From a virus (Duplodnaviria; Caudoviricetes), in IMG/VR virus record IMGVR_UViG_3300012953_000007, positions 1-31,099 of that record: 31,099 bases of DNA; one strand, written 5' to 3'. The notes under the pieces are model-generated. The model had not been told where the DNA came from and ran no database searches. It worked only from the letters and a program-made list of their open reading frames with translations. The first letter of the stretch is position 1. Every line of letters starts with the position of its first letter. Shown here one piece after another: positions 27,052 to 31,099 of the stretch. Made by a program: the position numbers and the translations under genes.

Positions 27052-27497
27052 TTCAAAAGATTTTTTAGGTAATAATTAATTTCTTGACATTTGCGATTGA
27101 TCCTTTCCAAAATTGGACGTTTAATTAATTTGATTCCCGTTCTTTCTAATTGATCGAAAACAAATTCTTGCAATGTGTCCGTTCCGTCGTTTTCCATAAA
27201 TTGACGAAACGTCATTTTGTGATAAGTTTGATAAACTGATTCGTTGGCATAATCCCAATGATCTTCGAAATACTCGCAATGATCGTCGGCGTATTCGTCG
27301 AATGAATCGAAATTGTCCGTGTCAATAAATGAATGAACGTCCCCGTGAAACTCATTCCACAAGATCACAACGATTTCGTCGATTCCTTCATAATAACGGA
27401 TTGACATATCACGTCCAAACAATGTTGTTTCGATTTCGTAATTTTCCGTCGTCGTATCAATAAAAGAATCTAATTTTTCAAATAATGTTTTTTTCAT
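27048..27497 (-). CDS. Highly acidic hypothetical early protein (149 aa)
   Basis: D/E-rich core; conserved leader CAACCAAAAAAAACCAATT-ATG. Confidence 0.8.
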   Translation of the reverse strand: MKKTLFEKLDSFIDTTTENYEIETTLFGRDMSIRYYEGIDEIVVILWNEFHGDVHSFIDTDNFDSFDEYADDHCEYFEDHWDYANESVYQTYHKMTFRQFMENDGTDTLQEFVFDQLERTGIKLIKRPILERINRKCQEINYYLKNLLK

Positions 27498-27515
27498 AAT
27501 TGGTTTTTTTTGGTT

Positions 27516-27536
27516 GCGGGGGAATCACACCCCCGC
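27516..27536 (-). other. Intercistronic GC-rich hairpin with UGUGAUU loop
   Basis: Minus GCGGGGG-TGTGATT-CCCCCGC; same loop as 1658-1678 with compensatory stem changes. Confidence 0.75.
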
Positions 27537-27543
27537 GTTTTTA

Positions 27544-27708
27544 TTATGCGTAATAAGACGCGATTTTGTTTAATTTGTTTTCCGCCTTTCTTAATGTGTC
27601 AAATGTTCCAACACAATCAAATTCGTGTGAAACAAAGTATGTTGAAGATCCGTTGAATTCGATTGTGTAAACTGAATTTCCGATTGTGGTTGTTTTAATA
27701 GTTTCCAT
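27544..27708 (-). CDS. Small early protein (54 aa, METIKTTTIGNSVYTIEFNG...), not in ORF track
   Basis: Manually translated; first gene after promoter 3, with the conserved leader. Confidence 0.8.
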   Translation of the reverse strand: METIKTTTIGNSVYTIEFNGSSTYFVSHEFDCVGTFDTLRKAENKLNKIASYYA

Positions 27709-27745
27709 TTTTAGTTTTTTTTGGTTTGTTTGTTTTTAATTACAT

Positions 27746-27778
27746 TGTAAAGATAAAACATTTTTTCATTCCACCAAA
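27746..27778 (-). promoter_or_regulatory. Early promoter 3
   Basis: Minus TTTG-GTGGAATGAAAAAATGTTT(19 nt)-TATCTTTACA. Confidence 0.85.
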
Positions 27779-28212
27779 CTATTTTGCAACTTTTTTTGAA
27801 GATTAATCATTTTATTTTCTTTTTCCTTGATATACGTTTCAATAATCTTGAATTTGTATAATCCTTTTAGAATATCAACAACCATAATTTCGTTGTCCGT
27901 AACGATTTGTTTTTCACCAAACCGCATTGCAAACACATTTCCCCAATGTTCAATGAAAATCGTTCCGCATTTTGTGTCCGTTATTGCAATTGATCCGTGA
28001 ACTTTTGCCAATGTTACGTCATTGATCGCGGCATTTTGAAAATACTTAATCATAAACCAATCGTCTAATTTGTTATTTTTTTGTTCGTTGATCTTATCCA
28101 ATGCAATTGACGCGTGATGTAATGTTTTGTATTTCTTTGATATTACTTCGAATCCGTCGCCGTCATATCTGACAACGTGAAATTCATTTCCGATCGGCTC
28201 AACTTTGTTCAT
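27766..28212 (-). CDS. Hypothetical two-domain early protein (148 aa)
   Basis: ORF track; its two halves resemble the neighbouring small proteins. Confidence 0.75.
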   Translation of the reverse strand: MNKVEPIGNEFHVVRYDGDGFEVISKKYKTLHHASIALDKINEQKNNKLDDWFMIKYFQNAAINDVTLAKVHGSIAITDTKCGTIFIEHWGNVFAMRFGEKQIVTDNEIMVVDILKGLYKFKIIETYIKEKENKMINLQKKLQNSLVE

Positions 28213-28322
28213 TTTTTTTGTAATTTTGATTTTGCTTTTTCTATGATTTTTTTTAATTCTTCCTTTTTTCTATCGTAAGGTGAATTAAAAACTTGATTCC
28301 AATTAATGTAATACTTTTCCAT
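28209..28322 (-). CDS. Small protein (37 aa, MEKYYINWNQVFNSPYDRKKEEL...), not in ORF track
   Basis: Manually translated; ATGA overlap with 27766-28212. Confidence 0.6.
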   Translation of the reverse strand: MEKYYINWNQVFNSPYDRKKEELKKIIEKAKSKLQKK

Positions 28323-28349
28323 TTGAATTTGCTTTTATAATAGTTTTGT

Positions 28350-28380
28350 AAAAATGGGCGGGATCGTGTATCACCCGCCC
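28350..28380 (-). terminator. GC-rich hairpin, possible terminator or attenuator
   Basis: Minus GGGCGGG-TGATACACGAT-CCCGCCC-ATTTTT; same stem as 1658-1678. Confidence 0.6.
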
Positions 28381-28388
28381 GTTTTTTT

Positions 28389-28664
28389 TTATGCTTCAAC
28401 AACGTATGAATTCAACAATAACGTCATCATTTCGCGTTCGTTTCCTTCAATTAATAGATTTGTTATGTCCGTGTAATTTTTGCGTCCTATCACGTTAAAA
28501 ACGCCGTTTTCGAATGTTATATCCATACACCCGTGTTCCGTTCCCGTTACACTTAAACAACCATTTGTTTTTGCAATTGAAATATCTTCTTTTGCATATT
28601 CAATCATTTGGTTAACGATTTCGATTGTTTCTTTTGCAACTTGGTTTTTGAATTCTTTGTTCAT
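28389..28664 (-). CDS. Hypothetical early protein (91 aa)
   Basis: First gene after promoter 4, with the conserved leader. Confidence 0.8.
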   Translation of the reverse strand: MNKEFKNQVAKETIEIVNQMIEYAKEDISIAKTNGCLSVTGTEHGCMDITFENGVFNVIGRKNYTDITNLLIEGNEREMMTLLLNSYVVEA

Positions 28665-28713
28665 CTTATTGGTTTTTTTTGGTTTTGATTAAAACTTTAT
28701 GTCTTAATTCTGA

Positions 28714-28746
28714 TGTAAAGATACAACAAACTTTCACTTACACAAA
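28714..28746 (-). promoter_or_regulatory. Early promoter 4
   Basis: Minus TTTG-TGTAAGTGAAAGTTTGTTG(19 nt)-TATCTTTACA. Confidence 0.8.
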
Positions 28747-28791
28747 CTTTTTTTGATGTTTTTTTGAAATTTTTTTGTTTTTATCTGATAA

Positions 28792-29148
28792 TCAATCGAT
28801 TTCTTCGTTCAAATAACGTGTGATTTCTTCAATTGCGGCGTCAAATCCTTTGCAAACAACGGCATAATAACCGCGATCATTCAATTTTTTGATCCATTCT
28901 TTTTGTTCTTTTGACGCGTAACCCTTTGAATCTGCTTTTAATTCAATCGCCATTCCATTTTTTGTCATTGTTGGGTGATATATAAACAAATCGGGAAACC
29001 CTTTGACATAACCACTTGCTTTCATTTTCTTTGCAACACTCAATGACGTTCGCATTCCACCCGCACTTGCGCAATATAGCATTTCGGGGAAATTTAATTT
29101 AATCCATTTCACAACGGCGATTTGAACTTTCAATTCATTTTGTGCCAT
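28792..29148 (-). CDS. VRR-NUC domain nuclease (PD-(D/E)XK)
   Basis: GYVKGFPDL..IELK..SKEQKEW..GY..VVC. Confidence 0.9.
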   Translation of the reverse strand: MAQNELKVQIAVVKWIKLNFPEMLYCASAGGMRTSLSVAKKMKASGYVKGFPDLFIYHPTMTKNGMAIELKADSKGYASKEQKEWIKKLNDRGYYAVVCKGFDAAIEEITRYLNEEID

Positions 29149-30305
29149 TATTTGATCATTTCTTCTAATTTAACTTTGTTTTTCTTCATTTTTTCCAATG
29201 TTCTTTTGATTAATTCCAATTCCATATTTGAACGTTTGGGTTTGATTCCCATTTGTTCTTGCAATGATCTTCGAAATTTTCCGCCCTTCTTGTTTTCTTC
29301 TTCTGAATTTTGAATTTGAATTTTGATTTCTTCAATAATTGTTTTGTCTTTAATCAATAGATCCAATTTTTGCAATTCCTTAAAAACAATCCCACCAAAA
29401 TTTTCAATTCGTAATGATCCGTTTTTTACAAAATTATTATAAGGAACAATCAAATGATCGTTAATGAATCGATCGTGTAATTCCTTTTTTTCTTTTTTTG
29501 ACAATTCTTTTGGTTTGAATTCGTTTTGCGGTTTTTTTGGTTGCACGTGTTGCGGTGTATATCGTCCCCAACTATCGTTTCCAAATTTTCGGTTTTTTGC
29601 AACTTCAATTTTCGCCCAATTCAAAAAATGTGATTTTGTTTCCTTTAATGATTTGAAATCGTCATCTTTCAATTTTTGTTCGTCAATGAATAGTTTTAAT
29701 AACTGATCCGTGAAATGCGGTGATAATTTCAAATATCTTGAACAATGTTCAATCCATAATTGTTCATTCTTCAAATCTTCAACATTAATAAAAACCGCAC
29801 CATTCAACATTGAATTGACTTTTTGATTCAATTTTGGATCGTCCGTCAATTTTTGATGTGTTGGTTTTGGATCTTCTTTTTTTGAATTATCAAAATTTTT
29901 ATTATTAATTTTTAATTCTTCTTTAATTGGTTTATTCTTTGTATTATTCTTTGTTTTATTATGTGTTAAATTTTCCGTTTGTCTGCCTTTAGATTTTTTT
30001 AATGTCTGACTTTCGAATTCTTTAATTTCTGCCTTCAAAATCCTTGTGCGTCCGTCGAATGAAACTTGTTTTACAAATCCCAATTTTTTCAATTTTGAAA
30101 TTGATGTTGAAATTGTTGTTTTTGTGCAACCTAAAAATTCTGCGAAATAATCATTAGACGCAAAACACCCACGTTCATTGTCTAAAGATTCTATTTCCAC
30201 TAATAAAATTTTGTCCGTCCAACTTAAATCGTTGTTCAAATAAATTTCACGCGGAATCCATATTCCCAAAAATTGTCTTTTTTCATTAATTTGTTTGTTT
30301 TCCAT
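29148..30305 (-). CDS. Phage replication initiator with N-terminal winged HTH
   Basis: WIPREIYLNNDLSWTDK..CFASNDYFAEFLG..TISTSISKLKKLGFV, followed by a low-complexity linker. Confidence 0.8.
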   Translation of the reverse strand: MENKQINEKRQFLGIWIPREIYLNNDLSWTDKILLVEIESLDNERGCFASNDYFAEFLGCTKTTISTSISKLKKLGFVKQVSFDGRTRILKAEIKEFESQTLKKSKGRQTENLTHNKTKNNTKNKPIKEELKINNKNFDNSKKEDPKPTHQKLTDDPKLNQKVNSMLNGAVFINVEDLKNEQLWIEHCSRYLKLSPHFTDQLLKLFIDEQKLKDDDFKSLKETKSHFLNWAKIEVAKNRKFGNDSWGRYTPQHVQPKKPQNEFKPKELSKKEKKELHDRFINDHLIVPYNNFVKNGSLRIENFGGIVFKELQKLDLLIKDKTIIEEIKIQIQNSEEENKKGGKFRRSLQEQMGIKPKRSNMELELIKRTLEKMKKNKVKLEEMIK

Positions 30306-30322
30306 TTTACAAAATTAAGGAA

Positions 30323-30619
30323 TTAAAATGGCATATCGTCGTCCGACGTGTGAAATTTATTTTCATTAGATGAAACATTTTGCGTTTGTGGTTTTGGCAC
30401 AAATTGTGAAACCTCGCAATAATGTGTCAATCCGTTTTCGGCTTTTTCACGCCTTGTTTTTATTTCCAAAGTAATTTTCCCGTCATTGTTTGCGTGATTC
30501 TTTAATTGTTGAGCAAAATCGTGTGCGTTGGGAATTTCGCATTTGATTATTGATCCGCCGTTGTCAAATTGTTTTTCGCGTATGAAAATTCCATTCATAA
30601 AAATTTTGTCTTCGTTCAT
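30323..30619 (-). CDS. Putative single-stranded DNA-binding protein
   Basis: Small beta protein with acidic C-terminus DDDMPF, upstream of the initiator. Confidence 0.65.
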   Translation of the reverse strand: MNEDKIFMNGIFIREKQFDNGGSIIKCEIPNAHDFAQQLKNHANNDGKITLEIKTRREKAENGLTHYCEVSQFVPKPQTQNVSSNENKFHTSDDDMPF

Positions 30620-30620
30620 T

Positions 30621-30842
30621 TTAATTGTCTTTTATTTGGTTATTAATTCTTTCCTTTTTTGCTTGAAATCTTGATTCAAAAATTCGATTAATCGTTGTCA
30701 AACTTAAATTGAATTCAATTGTTGCGTCTTGGATCGGACGTTGTTTAACTAAAATCCAATTCAAAATTTCGTCTTTTTCTTTTTCTGACAAATGTTTGAA
30801 TTGTTTGAATTGTCTTCTTTTATTTCTTTGCTTTCGATCCAT
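30621..30842 (-). CDS. Small HTH DNA-binding protein
   Basis: LSEKEKDEI..PIQDATIEFNLSLTTINRIF. Confidence 0.65.
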   Translation of the reverse strand: MDRKQRNKRRQFKQFKHLSEKEKDEILNWILVKQRPIQDATIEFNLSLTTINRIFESRFQAKKERINNQIKDN

Positions 30843-31038
30843 TAATGATTGTGTCTAATTCTTCTAATTGTAAATTTGTTAATTTCCCAATTGTCTTCAA
30901 TTGATTCAATCGAAATAATGTTGGGTTTTCACAATAACTTTTGATCGTTGGTTGTGATAATTTTAATTCTGATCCCAATTCACGTTTTGAAACCCCGTGA
31001 AATCTTAACGTTCGGGAAAACTCATTGTCTTTTTTCAT
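30820..31038 (-). CDS. XRE/Cro-like HTH protein
   Basis: GVSKRELGSELKLSQPTIKSY. Confidence 0.7.
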   Translation of the reverse strand: MKKDNEFSRTLRFHGVSKRELGSELKLSQPTIKSYCENPTLFRLNQLKTIGKLTNLQLEELDTIINGSKAKK

Positions 31039-31099
31039 ATCTGATTTTTTTTGTTGTTTAATTAAAGACGCCGCGTTTACACATTTCGCGGAATTGTTC
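30977..31099. repeat. Terminal direct repeat, copy 2
   Basis: Identical to 1-123. Confidence 0.95.

Noticed and set aside
27516-27536. T-loop-like hairpins as tRNA genes
   Set aside because: No acceptor, D or anticodon arms flank them.
29530-29543. Near copy of the leader motif (GG-T7-GGTTG) inside the replication gene
   Set aside because: It has 7 rather than 8 T and encodes QPKKP; treated as background, and it shows the motif's low complexity.
170-29706. All plus-strand ORFs and nested alternative-frame minus ORFs in the track
   Set aside because: They are shadows of longer, motif-bearing minus-strand genes and lack promoters or leaders; the low CT content of the coding strand thins out antisense TAG stops.
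30977-31099. 123-bp terminal repeat as a physical genome end (DTR)
   Set aside because: It cuts through coding genes and has assembler-overlap size, so it only shows circular or permuted assembly.
1-31099. CRISPR array, diversity-generating retroelement, intron or intein, stop-codon recoding
   Set aside because: No regularly spaced repeats, reverse transcriptase or template/variable repeat pair seen; core genes are normal length and intact in the standard code.

Overview
The window is an apparently complete, circularly assembled phage genome of about 30,976 bp (bases 1-123 recur exactly at 30977-31099). It is a small tailed dsDNA phage with a siphovirus-like gene set, and every credible gene is on the minus strand. 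The host is most likely a Bacteroidota bacterium: promoters follow TTTG-N19-TAnnTTT(G/A) and leaders are A-rich without Shine-Dalgarno sequences. Modules in transcription order: HTH regulators, SSB, replication initiator, VRR-NUC; small early genes; TerS/TerL; tail chaperone with a -1 frameshift; tail completion, tail tip and tape measure; Mor-like regulator; a moron; Clp-type protease, capsid, major tail, portal, connector; lysis genes (amidase, holins, u-spanin-like lipoprotein); metallophosphoesterase; more early genes and a putative SSAP. I recognised no integrase, polymerase or methyltransferase. The most striking unexplained element is a structured intergenic RNA candidate of about 80 nt (25813-25894, minus strand). 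Its two single-stranded U-rich segments are reverse complements of the translation-initiation leaders of six genes in the four dispersed early-promoter operons, suggesting a phage-encoded multi-target antisense sRNA that shuts off the early regulon. The genome also appears to avoid several 4-bp palindromes strongly. All calls come from reading the sequence by eye; no searches were run.
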